Counted from the first letter of the stretch, positions 34,877-49,285 are shown. The stretch is 64,000 nucleotides of DNA from Eutreptiella sp. 'Long Island Sound 2002' (GCA_964036045.1 OZ038379.1:2790001-2854000); one strand, 5' to 3'. Numbers and translations: made by a program. The notes: a model not told the origin generated them from the letters alone.

Positions 34877-35078
34877 TTGCAGACACAAAACTACCGCAAA
34901 ATGGCACCGCGTGGTGGCAAACGGGCCCCGCGAGCAGCAGCAGACAAACAACCTCGAAACGAAGAAGACAGTAGTGCTGGTGACGGAAGGGCCTCAGACT
35001 TGGGTACAACAATGTACACGGCGTCCCTTGACGGTCACACCGAACAGGAGTCCCCTTCTGGGCGTCCTGGTGACATAC
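34877..35078 (+). pseudogene. 5' half of a split acidic-protein gene (MAPRGGKR...RPGDI)
   Basis: Joins in frame to the minus-strand text starting at 49969 through the shared GGTGACATAC. Confidence 0.65.
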
Positions 35079-35190
35079 AAGGGGGCGGGGTTTCTGAGAA
35101 ATCTGATAGCGTGGGGGGTTTTGAACCCCCCCCCCCCCTGTTTTAAAAATGGTCTGAGGGGGGGTTTTAAGGGTGTTTTTCGACGCAGAC
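35079..35190 (+). mobile_element. Left end of a small TIR element that split the acidic gene
   Basis: AAGGGGGCGGGGTTTCTGAGAAATCTGATA resembles 49970-50001; flanked by an 8-10-bp TSD. Confidence 0.6.
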
Positions 35191-35344
35191 ACATCATTTG
35201 TGCGAATCGTTTTTCGTGGTATTCTTTTGGACTACACATCCAAAGTTTTGTCCTCGCCTCCGATTCAGCCACTTTTGATTTTGTCCCCTTAGCTAGGGAC
35301 CCCCCATAATGCAAGGGTGACGTTGCATTACCGCACTTTTTTGG

Positions 35345-38300
35345 ACACTTCGGATTTTGCCCCCCGCTTTGAAGCGGTGGGGATCCCCGAGGCGGCAGGG
35401 GTGATGTAGCCACCTTGCCCACTTGTGGTCCACGTCTGATTTTGCCCCCCGCTTTGAAGCGGTGGGGATCCCCGAGGCCGTCAGGGTGATGTAGCCACCT
35501 TACCCATTTATGGGCCCCTTTTGATTTTGCCCCCCGCTCTGAAGCGGTGGGAATCCCCGAGGTGGCAAGGGTGATGTAGCCACCTTGCCCATTTATGGTC
35601 CACTTCTGATTTTGCCCCCCGCTCTGAAGCGGTGGGGATCCCCGCGGCGGCAAGGGTTATGTAGCCACATTGCCCATGTATGGGCCACTTCTGATTTTGC
35701 CCCCCGCTCTGAAGCGGTGGGGATCCCCGAGGCGGCAGGGGTGATGTAGCTTGCTTGCCCACTTGTGGGCCACTTCTGATTTTGCCCCCCGCTCTGAAGC
35801 GGTGGGAATCCCCGAGGTGGCAAGGGTGATGTAGCCACCTTGCCCATTTATGGTCCACTTCTGATTTTGCCCCCCGCTCTGAAGCGGTGGGGATCCCCGC
35901 GGCGGCAAGGGTTATGTAGCCACCTTGCCCATGTATGGGCCACTTCTGATTTTGCCCCCCGCTCTGAAGCGGTGGGGATCCCCGAGGCGGCAGGGGTGAT
36001 GTAGCTTGCTTGCCCACTTGTGCGCCACTTCTGATTTTGCCCCCCGCTCTGAAGCCGTGGGGATCCCCGAGGCGGCAAGGGTGATGTAGCCACCTTGCCC
36101 ATTTGTGGGCCAATTCTGATTCTGCCCCCCGCTGTGAAGCGGTGGGGATCCCCACGCGGCAGCGGTGATGTAGCCACCTTGCCCATTTGTGCGCCACTTT
36201 GGATATTGCCCCTCGCTGTGAAGCGGTCGGGAACCCCGAGGCGGCACGGGTGATGTAGCTTGCTTGCCCACTTGTGGGCCACTTCTGATTTTGCCCCCCG
36301 CTGTGAAGCGGTGGGGAACCCCGAGGCGGCAAGGGTGATGCAGCCACGTTGCCCATTTATGGGCCACTTCTGATTCTGCCCCCCGCTTGAAGCGGTGGGG
36401 ATCCCCGAGGCGGCAGGGGTGATGTAGCCACCTTGCCCACTTCTGGGCTACTTCTGATTTTGCCTCCCGCTCTGAAGCGGTGGGGATCCCCGAGGCGGCA
36501 GGGGTGATGTAGCCACCTTGCCCACTTGTGGGCCACTTCTGATTTTGCCCCCCGCTCTGAAGCGGTGGGAATCCCCGAGGTGGCAAGGGTGATGTAGCCA
36601 CCTTGCCCATTTATGGTCCACTTCTGATTTTGCCCCCCCGCTCTGAAGCGGTGGGGATCCCCGCGGCGGCAAGGGTTATGTAGCCACCTTGCCCATATAT
36701 GGGCCACTTCTGATTTTGCCCCCCGCTTTGAAGCGGTGGGGATCCCCGAGGCGGCAGGGGTGATGTAGCCACCTTGCCCATGTATGGGCCAATTCTGATT
36801 CTGCCCCCCGCTGTGAAGCGGTGGGGATCCCCGAGGCGGCAAGGGTGATGCAGCCACGTTGCCCATTTATGGGCCACTTCTGATTCTGCCCCCCGCTTGA
36901 AGCGGTGGGGATCCCCGAGGCGGCAGGGGTGATGTAGCCACCTTGCCCACTTCTGGGCTACTTCTGATTTTGCCTCCCGCTTTGAATCGGGGGGGGATCC
37001 CCGAGGCGGCAGGGGTGATGTAGCCACCTTGCCCATGTATGGGCCACTTCTGATTTTGCCCCCCGCTTTGAAGCGGTGTTGATCCCCGAGGCGGCAGGGG
37101 TGATGTAGCCACCTTGCCCACTTGTGGGCCACTTCTGATTTTGCCCCCCGCTTTGAATCGGTGGGCATCCCCGAGGTGGCAAGGGTTATGTAGCCACCTT
37201 GCCCATGTATGGGCCACTTCTGATTTTGCCCCCCGCTCTGAAGCGGTGGGAATCCCCGAGGTGGCAAGGGTGATGTAGCCACCTTGCCCATTTATGGTCC
37301 ACTTCTGATTTTGCCCCCCCGCTCTGAAGCGGTGGGGATCCCCGCGGCGGCAAGGGTTATGTAGCCACCTTGCCCATTTATGGGCCACTTCTGATTTTGC
37401 CCCCCGCTTTGAAGCGGTGGGGATCCCCGAGGCGGCAAGGGTGATGTAGCCACCTTGCCCATTTGTGGGCCAATTCTGATTCTGTCCCCCGCTGTGAAGC
37501 GGTGGGGATCCCCCCGCGGCAGCGGTGATGTAGCCACCTTGCCCACTTGTGCGCCACTTTGGATTTTGCCCCCCGCTGTGAAGCGGTCGGGAACCCCGAG
37601 GCGGCACTGGTAATGTAGCTTGCTTGCCCACTTGTGGGCCACTTCTGATTTTGCCCCCCGCTGTGAAGCGGTGGGGAACCCCGAGGCGGCAGGGGTGATG
37701 TAGCCACCTTGCCCATGTATGGGCCAATTCTGATTCTGCCCCCCGCTTTGAAGCGGTGGGGATCCCCGAGGCGGCAAGGGTGATGCAGCCACGTTGCCCA
37801 TTCATGGGCCACTTCTGATTCTGCCCCCCGCTTGAAGCGGTGGGGATCCCCGAGGCGGCAGGGGTGATGTAGCCACCTTGCCCACTTCTGGGCTACTTCT
37901 GATTTTGCCTCCCGCTTTGAAGCGGTGGGGATCCCCGAGGCGGCAGGGGTGATGTAGCCACCTTGCCCACTTCTGGGCCACTTCTGATTTTGCCCCCCGC
38001 TTTGAAGCGGTGTTGATCCCCGAGGCGGCAGGGGTGATGTAGCCACCTTGCCCATCTATGATCCACTTTTGATTTTGCCCCCCGCCGTAAAGCGGTGGGG
38101 ATCCCCGAGGCGGTAGGGGTGATGTAGCTTGCTTGCCGATTTATGGGCCACTTCTGATTTTGCCCCCCGCTTTGAATCGGTGGGCATCCCCGAGGTGGCA
38201 AGGGTTATGTAGCCACCTTGCCCATGTATGGGCCACTTCTGATTTTGCCCCCCGCTTTGAAGCGGTGGGGATCCCCGTGGCGGCAGGGGTGATGTAGCCA

Positions 38301-41300
38301 CCTTGCCCACTTGTGGGCCACTTCTGATTTTGCCCCCCGCTTTGAAGCGGTGGGGATCCCCGAGGTGGCAGGGGTGATGTAGCCACCTTGCCCATTTATG
38401 GGCCACTTCTGATTTTGCCCCCCGCTTTGAAGCGGTGGGGATCCCCGAGGCGGCAGGGGTGATGTAGCCACCTTGCCCATTTATGATCCACTTTTGATTT
38501 TGCCCCCCGCTGTGAAGCGGTGGGGATCCCCGAGGCGGCAAGGGTTATGTAGCCACCTTGCCCACTTGTGGGCCACTTTTGATTTTGCCCCTCGCTTTGA
38601 ATCGGTGGGGATCCCCGAGGCGGCAGGGGTGATGTAGCCACCTTGCCCATGTATGGGCCACTTCTGATTTTGCCCCCCGCTTTGCAGCGGTGGGGATCCC
38701 CGAGGCGACAGGGGTGATGTAGCCATCTTGCCCACTTGTGGGCCACTTCTGATTTTGCCCCCCGCTTTGAAGCGGTGGGGATCCCCGAGGCGGCAGGGGT
38801 GATGTAGCAGCCATGCCCATTTATGGGCCACTTCTGATTTTGCCCCCCGCTTTGAAGCGGTGGGGATCCCCGAGGCGGTAGGGGTGATGTAGCCACCTTG
38901 CCCACTTGTGGGCCACTTCTGATTTTGCCCCCCGCTTAGAAGCGGTGGGGATCCCCGAGGCGGCAGGGGCGATGTAGCCACCTTGCCCATTTATGGGCCA
39001 CTTCTGATCTTGCCCCCCGCTTTGAAGCGGTGGGGATCCCCACGCGGCAGGGGTGATGTAGCCACCCCGCCATTTATGGGCCACTTCTGATTTTGCCCCC
39101 CGCTTTGAAGCGGTGGGGATCCCCGAGGCGGCAAGGGTGATGTAGCCACCTTGCCCATTTGTGGGCCAATTCTGATTCTGCCCCCCGCTGTGAAGCGGTG
39201 GGGATCCCCCCGCGGCAGCGGTGATGTAGCCACCTTGCCCACTTGTGCGCCACTTTGGATTTTGCCCCCCGCTGTGAAGCGGTCGGGAACCCCGAGGCGG
39301 CACTGGTAATGTAGCTTGCTTGCCCACTTGTGGGCCACTTCTGATTTTGCCCCCCGCTGTGAAGCGGTGGGGAACCCCGAGGCGGCAGGGGTGATGTAGC
39401 CACCTTGCCCATGTATGGGCCAATTCTGATTCTGCCCCCCGCTTTGAAGCGGTGGGGATCCCCGAGGCGGCAAGGGTGATGCAGCCACGTTGCCCATTTA
39501 TGGGCCACTTCTGATTCTGCCCCCCGCTTGAAGCGGTGGGGATCCCCGAGGCGGCAGGGGTGATGTAGCCACCTTGCCCACTTCTGGGCTACTTCTGATT
39601 TTGCCTCCCGCTTTGAAGCGGTGGGGATCCCCGAGGCGGCAGGGGTGATGTAGCCACCTTGCCCACTTCTGGGCCACTTCTGATTTTGCCCCCCGCTTTG
39701 AAGCGGTGTTGATCCCCGAGGCGGCAGGGGTGATGTAGCCACCTTGCCCACTTGTGGGCCACTTCTGATTTTGCCCCCCGCTTTGAAGCGGTGGGGATCC
39801 CGGAGGCGGCAGGGGTGATGTAGCCACCTTGCCCATTTATGGGCCACTTCTGATTTTGCCCCCCGCTTTGAAGCGGTGGGGATCCCCGAGATGGCAAGGG
39901 TGATGTAGCCACCTTGCCCATTTATGGGCCATTTCTGATTTTGCCCCCCGCTTTGAAGCGGTGGGGATCCCCGAGGCGGCAGGGGTGATGTAGCCACCTT
40001 GCCCATTTATGATCCACTTTTGATTTTATCCCCGCCGTAAAGCGGTGGGGATCCCCGAGGCGGTAGGGGTGATGTAGCTTGCTTGCCGATTTATGGGCCA
40101 CTTCTGATTTTGCCCCCCGCTTTGAATCGGTGGGCATCCCCGAGGTGGCAAGGGTTATGTAGCCACCTTGCCCATATATGGGCCACTTCTGATTTTGCCC
40201 CCCGCTTTGAAGCGGTGGGGATCCCCGTGGCGGCAGGGGTGATGTAGCCACCTTGCCCACTTGTGGGCCACTTCTGATTTTGCCCCCCGCTTTGAAGCGG
40301 TGGGGATCCCCGAGGTGGCAGGGGTGATGTAGCCACCTTGCCCATTTATGGGCCACTTCTGATTTTGCCCCCCGCTTTGAAGCCGTGGGGATCCCCACGC
40401 GGCTGCAGTGATGTAGCCACCTTGCCCACTTGTGGGCCACTTCTGATTTTGCCCCCCGCTTTGAGGCGGTGGGAATCCCCGAGGTGGCAGGGGTGATGTA
40501 GCCACCTTGCCCATTTATGATCCACTTTTGATTTTGCCCCCCGCTGTGAAGCGGTGGGGATCCCCGAGGCGGCAAGGGTTATGTAGCCACCTTGCCCACT
40601 TGTGGGCCACTTTTGATTTTGCCCCTCGCTTTGAATCGGTGTTGATCCCCGAGGCGGCAGGGGTGATGTAGCCACCTTGCCCATCTATGGGCCACTTCTG
40701 ATTTTGCCCCCCGCTTTGCAGCGGCGGGGATCCCCGAGGCGACAGGGGTGATGTAGCCATCTTGCCCACTTGTGGGCCACTCCTGATTTTGCCCCCCGCT
40801 TTGAAGCGGTGGGGATCCCCGAGGCGGCAGGGGTGATGTAGCCACCTTGCCCATGTATGGGCCACTTCTGATTTTGCCCCCCGCTTTGAAGCGGTGTTGA
40901 TCCCCGAGGCGGCAAGGGTTATGTAGCCACCTTGCCCATGTATGGGCCACTTCTGATTTTGCCCCCCGCTTTGAAGCGGTGGGGATCCCCGAGGCGGTAG
41001 GGGTGATGTAGCCACCTTGCCCACTTGTGGGCCACTTCTGATTTTGCCCCCCGCTTAGAAGCGGTGGGGATCCCCGAGGCGGCAGGGGCGATGTAGCCAC
41101 CTTGCCCATTATGGGCCACTTCTGATCTTGCCCCCCGCTTTGAAGCGGTGGGGATCCCCACGCGGCAGGGGTGATGTAGCCACCTTGCCCATTTATGGGC
41201 CACTTCTGATTTTGCCCCCCGCTTTGAAGCCGTGGGGATCCCCACGCGGCTGCAGTGATGTAGCCACCTTGCCCACTTGTGGGCCACTTCTGATTTTGCC

Positions 41301-44300
41301 CCCCGCTTTGAATCGGTGGGGATCCCCGAGGCGGCATGGGTGATGTAGCCACCTTGCCCATATATGGGCCACTTCTGATTTTGCCCCCCGCTCTGAAGCG
41401 GTGGGGATCCCCAAGGCGGCAGGGCTGATGTAGCCACCTTGCCCATTTATGGGCCACTTCTGATTTTGCCCACCGCTTTGAAGCGGTGGGGATCCCCGAG
41501 ATGGCAAGGGTGATGTAGCCACCTTGCCCATTTATGGGCCACTTCTGACTTAGCCCCCCGCTTTGAAGCGGTGGGGATCCCCAAGGCGGCAGGGCTGATG
41601 TAGCCACCGTTCCCATTTATGGGCCACTTCTGATTTTGCCCCCCGCTTTGAAGCGGTGGGGATCCCCGAGGCGGCATGGGTGATGTAGCCACCTCGCCCA
41701 CTTGTGGGCCACTTCTGATTTTGCCTCCCGCTTTGAAGCGTCGGGGATACCCGAGGCGGCAGGGGTGATGTAGCAGCCGTGCCCATTTATGGGCGACTTC
41801 TGATTTTGCCCCCCGCTTTGAAGCGGTGGGGATCCCCGAGGCGGCAGGGGTGATGTAGCCACCTTGCCCATTTATGCGCCATCTCTGATTTTGCCCCCCG
41901 CTTTGAAGCGGTGGGGATCCCCGAGGCGGCAGGGGTGATGTAGCCACCTTGTTCACTTGTGGGCCACTTCTGATTTTGCCCCCCGCTTTGAAGCGGTGGC
42001 GATCCCCGAGGCGGCAAGGGTTATGTAGCCACCTTGCCCATGTATGGGCCACTTCTGATTTTGCCCCCCGCTTTGAAGCGGTGGGGATCCCCGAGGTGGC
42101 AGGGGTGATGTAGCCACCTTGCCCACTTGTGGGCCACTTCTGATTTTGCCCCTCGCTTTGAAGCGGTGTTGATCCCCGAGGCGGCAGGGGTGATGTAGCC
42201 ACCTTGCCCATGTATGGGCCACTTCTGATTTTGCCCCCCGCTTTGAAGCCGTGGGGATCCCCGAGGCGGCAGGGGTGATGTAGCCACCTTGCCCACTTGT
42301 GGGCCACTCCTGATTTTGCCCCCCGCTTTGAAGCGGTGGGGATCCCCGAGGCGGCAGGGGTGATGTAGCCACCTTGCCCATGTACGGGCCATTCTGATTT
42401 TGCCCCCCGCTTTGAAGCGGTGTTGATCCCCGAGGCGGCAAGGGTTATGTAGCCACCTTGCCCATGTATGGGCCACTTCTGATTTCGCCCCTCGCTTTGA
42501 AGCGGTGTTGATCCCCGAGGCGCAGGGGTATATGTAGCCACCTTGCCCATGTATGGGCCACTTCTGATTTTGCCCCCCGCTTTGAAGCGGTGGGGATCCC
42601 CGAGGCGGCAGGGGTGATGTAGCCATCTTGCCCACTTGTGGGCCACTCCTGATTTTGCCCCCCGCTTTGAAGCGGTGGGGATCCCCGAGGCGGCAGGGGT
42701 GATGTAGCCACCTTGCCCATGTATGGGCCACTTCTGATTTTGCCCCCCGCTTTGAAGCGGTGTTGATCCCCGAGGCGGCAAGGGTTATGTAGCCACCTTG
42801 CCCATGTATGGGCCACTTCTGATTTTGCCCCCCGCTTTGAAGCGGTGGGGATCCCGGAGGCGGTAGGGGTGATGTAGCCACCTTGCCCACTTGTGGGCCA
42901 CTTCTGATTTTGCCCCCCGCTTTGAAGCGGTGGGGATCCCCGAGACGGCAGGGGCGATGTAGCCACCTTGCCCACTTGTGGGCCACTTCTGATTTTGCCC
43001 CCCGCTCTGAAGCGGTGGGGATCCCCGAGGCGGCAGGGGCGATGTAGCCACCTTGCCCATTTATGGGCCACTTCTGATTTTGCCCCCCGCTTTGAAGCGG
43101 TGGGGATCCCCACGCGGCAAGGGTGATGTAGCCACCTTGCCCATTTATGGACCACTTCTGATTTTGCCCCCCGCTCTGAAGCGGTGGGGATCCCCAAGGC
43201 GGCAGGGCTGATGTAGCCACCTTGCCCATTTATGGGCCACTTCTGATTTTGCCCACCGCTTTGAAGCGGTGGGGATCCCCGAGATGGCAAGGGTGATGTA
43301 GCCACCTTGCCCATTTATGGGCCACTTGTGACTTAGCCCCCCGCTTTGAAGCGGTGGGGATCCCCAAGGCGGCAGGGCTGATGTAGCCACCGTTCCCATT
43401 TATGGGCCACTTCTGATTTTGCCCCCCGCTTTGAAGCGGTGGGGATCCCCGAGGCGGCATGGGTGATGTAGCCACCTCGCCCACTTGTGGGCCACTTCTG
43501 ATTTTGCCTCCCGCTTTGAAGCGTCGGGGATACCCGAGGCGGCAGGGGTGATGTAGCAGCCGTGCCCATTTATGGGCCACTTCTGATTTTGCCCCCCGCT
43601 TTGAAGCGGTGGGGATCCCCGAGGCGGCAGGGGTGATGTAGCCACCTTGCCCATTTATGCGCCATCTCTGATTTTGCCCCCCGCTTTGAAGCGGTGGGGA
43701 TCCCCGAGGCGGCAGGGGTGATGTAGCCACCTTGTTCATATGTGGGCCACTTCTGATTTTGCCCCCCGCTTTGAAGCGCTGGCGATCCCCGAGGCGGCAA
43801 GGGTTATGTAGCCACCTTGCCCATGTATGGGCCACTTCTGATTTTGCCCCCCGCTTTGAAGCGGTGGGGATCCCTGAGGTGGCAGGGGTGATGTAGCCAC
43901 CTTGCCCACTTGTGGGCCACTTCTGATTTTGCCCCTCGCTTTGAAGCGGTGTTGATCCCCGAGGCGGCAGGGGTGATGTAGCCACCTTGCCCATGTATGG
44001 GCCACTTCTGATTTTGCCCCCCGCTTTGAAGCGGTGGGGATCCCCGAGGCGGCAGGGGTGATGTAGCCAGCTTGCCCACTTGTGGGCCACTCCTGATTTT
44101 GCCCCCCGCTTTGAAGCGGTGGGGATCCCCGAGGCGGCAGGGGTGATGTAGCCACCTTGCCCATGTATGGGCCACTTCTGATTTTGCCCCCCGCTTTGAA
44201 GCGGTGTTGATCCCCGAGGCCGCAAGGGTTATGTAGCCACCTTGCCCATGTATGGGCCACTTGTGATTTTGCCCCTCGCTTTGAAGCGGTGTTGATCCCC

Positions 44301-47300
44301 GAGGCGGCAGGGGTTATGTAGCCACCTTGCCCATGTATGGGCCACTCTGATTTTGCTGCCCGCTTTGAAGCGGTGGGGATCCCCGAGGCGGCAGGGGTGA
44401 TGTAGCCATCTTGCCCACTTGTGGGCCACTCCTGATTTTGCCCCCCGCTTTGAAGCGGTGGGGATCCCCGAGGCGGCAGGGGTGATGTAGCCACCTTGCC
44501 CATGTATGGGCCACTTCTGATTTTGCCCCCCGCTTTGAAGCGGTGTTGATCCCCGAGGCGGCAAGGGTTATGTAGCCACCTTGCCCATGTATGGGCCACT
44601 TCTGATTTTGCCCCCCGCTTTGAAGCGGTGGGGATCCCAGAGGCGGTAGCGGTGATGTAGCCACCTTGCCCACTTGTGGGCCACTTCTGATTTTGCCCCC
44701 CGCTCTGAAGCGGTGGGGATCCCCGAGGCGGCAGGGGCGATGTAGCCACCTTGCCCATTTATGGGCCACTTCTGATTTTGCCCCCCGCTTTGAAGCGGTG
44801 GGGATCCCCACGCGGCAAGGGTGATGTAGCCACCTTGCCCATTTATGGGCCACTTCTGATTTTGCCCCCCGCTTTGAAGCCGTGGGGATCCCCACGCGGC
44901 TGCAGCGATGTAGCCACCTTGCCCATTTATGGGCCACTTCTGATTTTGCCCCCCGCTTTGAAGCGGTGGGGATCCCCGAGGTGGCAGGGGTGATGTAGCC
45001 ACCTTGCCCACTTGTGGGCCACTTCTGATTTTGCCCCCCGCTTTGAATCGGTGGGGATCCCCGAGGCGGCATGGGTGATGTAGCCACCTTGCCCATTTAT
45101 GGGCCACTTCTGATTTTGCCCCCCGCTCTGAAGCGGTGGGGATCCCCAAGGCGGCAGGGCTGATGTAGCCACCTTGCCCATTTATGGGCCACTTCTGATT
45201 TTGCCCACCGCTTTGAAGCGGTGGGGATCCCCGAGATGGCAAGGGTGATGTAGCCACCTTGCCCATTTATGGGCCACTTGTGACTTAGCCCCCCGCTTTG
45301 AAGCGGTGGGGATCCCCAAGGCGGCAGGGCTGATGTAGCCACCGTTCCCATTTATGGGCCACTTCTGATTTTGCCCCCCGCTTTGAAGCGGTGGGGATCC
45401 CCGAGGCGGCATGGGTGATGTAGCCACCTCGCCCACTTGTGGGCCACTTCTGCTTTTGCCTCCCGCTTTGAAGCGTCGGGGATACCCGAGGCGGCAGGGG
45501 TTATGTAGCAGCCGTGCCCATTTATGGGCGACTTCTGATTTTGCCCCCCGCTTTGAAGCGGTGGGGATCCCCGAGGCGGCAGGGGTGATGTAGCCACCTT
45601 GCCCATTTATGCGCCATCTCTGATTTTGCCCCCCGCTTTGAAGCAGTGGGGATCCCCAAGGTGGCAGGGGTGATGTAGCCACCTTGTTCACTTGTGGGCC
45701 ACTTCTGATTTTGCCCCCCGCTTTGAAGCGGTGGCGATCCCCGAGGCGGCAAGGGTTATGTAGCCACCTTGCCCATTTGTGGGCCAATTCTGATTCTGCC
45801 CCCCGCTGTGAAGCGGTGGGGATCCCCGAGGTGGCAGGGGTGATGTAGCCACCTTGCCCACTTGTGGGCCACTTCTGATTTTGCCCCTCGCTTTGAAGCG
45901 GTGTTGATCCCCGAGGCGGCAGGGGTGATGTAGCCACCTTGCCCATGTATGGGCCACTTCTGATTTTGCCCCCCGCTTTGAAGCGGTGGGGATCCCCGAG
46001 GCGGCAGGGGTGATGTAGCCACCTTGCCCACTTGTGGGCCACTTCTGATTTTGCCCCTCGCTTTGAAGCGGTGGGGATCCCCAAGGTGGCAGGGGTGATG
46101 TAGCCACCTTGCCCATTTATGGGCCACTTGTGACTTAGCCCCCCGCTTTGAAGCGGTGGGGATCCCCAAGGCGGCAGGGCTGATGTAGCCACCGTTCCCA
46201 TTTATGGGCCACTTCTGATTTTGCCCCCCGCTTTGAAGCGGTGGGGATCCCCGAGGCGGCATGGGTGATGTAGCCACCTCGCCCACTTGTGGGCCACTTC
46301 TGCTTTTGCCTCCCGCTTTGAAGCGTCGGGGATACCCGAGGCGGCAGGGGTTATGTAGCAGCCGTGCCCATTTATGGGCGACTTCTGATTTTGCCCCCCG
46401 CTTTGAAGCGGTGGGGATCCCCGAGGCGGCAGGGGTGATGTAGCCACCTTGCCCATTTATGCGCCATCTCTGATTTTGCCCCCCGCTTTGAAGCAGTGGG
46501 GATCCCCAAGGTGGCAGGGGTGATGTAGCCACCTTGTTCACTTGTGGGCCACTTCTGATTTTGCCCCCCGCTTTGAAGCGGTGGCGATCCCCGAGGCGGC
46601 AAGGGTTATGTAGCCACCTTGCCCATTTGTGGGCCAATTCTGATTCTGCCCCCCGCTGTGAAGCGGTGGGGATCCCCGAGGTGGCAGGGGTGATGTAGCC
46701 ACCTTGCCCACTTGTGGGCCACTTCTGATTTTGCCCCTCGCTTTGAAGCGGTGTTGATCCCCGAGGCGGCAGGGGTGATGTAGCCACCTTGCCCATGTAT
46801 GGGCCACTTCTGATTTTGCCCCCCGCTTTGAAGCGGTGGGGATCCCCGTGGTGGCAGGGGTGATGTAGCCACCTTGCCCACTTGTGGGCCACTTCTGATT
46901 TTGCCCGTCGCTTTGAAGCGGTGTTGATCCCCGAGGCGGCAGGGGTGATGTAGCCACCTTGCCCATGTATGGGCCACTTCTGATTTTGCCCCCCGCTTTG
47001 AAGCGGTGGGGATCCCCGAGGCGGCAGGGGTGATGTAGCCACCTTGCCCACTTGTGGGCCACTTCTGATTCTGCCCCCCGCTTTGAAGCGGTGGGGATCC
47101 CCAAGGTGGCAGGGCTGATGTAGCCACCTTGCCCATTTATGGGCCACTTCTGATTTTGCCCCCCGCTCTGAAGCGGTGGGGATCCCCGAGGCGGCATGGG
47201 TGATGTAGCCACCTTGCCCATTTATGGGCCACTTCTTACTTAGCCCCCCGCTTTGAAGCGGTGGGGATCCCCAAGGCGGCAGGGCTGATGTAGCCACCGT

Positions 47301-48289
47301 TCCCATTTATGGGCCACTTCTGATTTTGCCCCCCGCTTTGAAGCGGTGGGGATCCCCGAGGCGGCATGGGTGATGTAGCCACCTCGCCCACTTGTGGGCC
47401 ACTTCTGCTTTTGCCTCCCGCTTTGAAGCGTCGGGGATACCCGAGGCGGCAGGGGTGATGTAGCAGCCGTGCCCATTTATGGGCCACTTCTGATTTTGCC
47501 CCCCGCTTTGAAGCGGTGGGGATCCCCGAGGCGGCAGGGGTGATGTAGCCACCTTGCCCATTTATGCGCCATCTCTGATTTTGCCCCCCGCTTTGAAGCA
47601 GTGGGGATCCCCAAGGTGGCAGGGGTGATGTAGCCACCTTGTTCACTTGTGGGCCACTTCTGATTTTGCCCCCCGCTTTGAAGCGGTGGCGATCCCCGAG
47701 GCGGCAAGGGTTATGTAGCCACCTTGCCCATGTATGGGCCACTTCTGATTTTGCCCCCCGCTTTGAAGCGGTGGGGATCCCCGAGGTGGCACGCTTTGAA
47801 GCGGTGGGGATCCCCAAGGTGGCAGGGGTGATGTAGCCACCTTGCCCATGTATGGGCCACTTCTGATTTTGCCCCCCGCTTTGAAGCGGTGGGGATCCCC
47901 GAGGTGGCAGGGGTGATGTAGCCACCTTGCCCACTTGTGGGCCACTTCTGATTTTGCCCCTCGCTTTGAAGCGGTGTTGATCCCCGAGGCGGCAGGGGTG
48001 ATGTAGCCACCTTGCCCATGTATGGGCCACTTCTGATTTTGCCCCCCGCTTTGAAGCGGTGGGGATCCCCGAGGCGGCAGGGGTGATGTAGCCACCTTGC
48101 CCACTTGTGGGCCACTTCTGATTTTGCCCCCCGCTTTGAAGCGGTGGGGATCCCCAAGGTGGCAGGGGTGATGTAGCCACCTTGCCCACTTATGGGCCAC
48201 TTCTGATTTTGCCCCCCGCTCTGAAGCGGTGGGGATCCCCAAGGCGGCAGGGGTGATGTAGCCACCTTGCCCACTTGTGCGCCACTTCT
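35345..48289. repeat. Satellite array, 85-bp monomer, ~150 copies, with higher-order repeats
   Basis: Consensus GGGCCACTTCTGATTTTGCCCCCCGCTTTGAAGCGGTGGGGATCCCCGAGGCGGCAGGGGTGATGTAGCCACCTTGCCCATTTAT; variant monomers recur at multiples of ~85 bp. Confidence 0.99.
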
Positions 48290-48651
48290 CCAGGGAATCT
48301 CTTCTCATTTTGCTCCCTTTGTTGGTCGTATTGCCCTTTATTTTGCTCGGATGCATGTGTTTTTTTTCAGGTAAGTGGCAGCACGGGCGGTTCCCTTGAA
48401 AAATGCAAAGGTGGCCAATCGTCCTCATTTGAATGCAGAGCCATACCTTGGTGTGGCACATACCAACATGCAGCCCGCGGAAGCAATAGAGTTTTGTTTG
48501 TTTTGTGGAGCGGCCATTGCTTTGGCAAGGATGCGTCATCATGTGGCAGTGCACTGCAGAAAAGAGACGTGGTAACGGACCCAAGGATGCGTGGTGAGGC
48601 CGAACTTATGGTTTTTGTGGACGCACAACAGCCACATATACCACAAGTATT

Positions 48652-49272
48652 GTGCGCAAGAAAATCAGTAGCACATGCCCGTGTCTGGTCCCATTGAAGC
48701 TCGCAATGGCCATGCGCAAACAAGAAAACATGCCCCGTGAATGTCCTATTCCCGGGTGCAGTGCCACCCCGTGGGTTTTGAACATCAAAACTCACTTGGC
48801 TCGGTGCCATCCAACCGTGCCACCCATCACCGTTGATTTGACGGAATGGGTTGTAGTCGGGCAGGACGATGAGAAAAAAAAGGGGCGAGCCAAAAAAATC
48901 CCCATGGTGATGAAGCCCAAGATCACTTTGAAAGTGGCAAAGGCGGTCGACAACGAGAGTGCGTCCTTCTGTGAAGCCTCTCTTGGACGCTCCGACTGTG
49001 ACCGGTAACCGGAGGAGGATGCAAGCTCTGTGGAATCTAGGTCTTCCGCAGATAACGATTCGTCTAGCGGTAACGAGAGTTCCGCAACTTCCGAGGATGG
49101 CAATAGCTCCTCTTCTTCCTCATCTTCTTCCGCTTCTACCTCTTCTTCCGGGGTGGAAGTTCTCCCGGAAAAGAAAGCTGTTCCTGGCAAGGGCACAAAG
49201 CGGCCCATCACCACTACCAAGCAAAATGCGAAGAAGCGTTGCACGGTGAAGACGTCAGGGCGGAAGAAGTAG
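48652..49272 (+). pseudogene. C2H2-like zinc finger plus Ser/acidic and Lys-rich protein with one premature stop
   Basis: CPIPGC-x11-H-x4-H; the ORFs 48652-49008 and 49030-49272 are in the same frame across TAA 49006-49008. Confidence 0.5.
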
Positions 49273-49284
49273 GCGGAGCTACAT

Positions 49285-49285
<1 letters not shown>

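Noticed and set aside
35345-48289. CRISPR-like regular array
   Set aside because: Monomers are contiguous with no unique spacers and there are no cas genes; the context is eukaryotic.
34994-48584. Dozens of long minus-strand ORFs (GKVATSPLPPRGSPP...)
   Set aside because: These are translations of the 85-bp satellite; the period is not a multiple of 3, so the same three peptides cycle through all frames.
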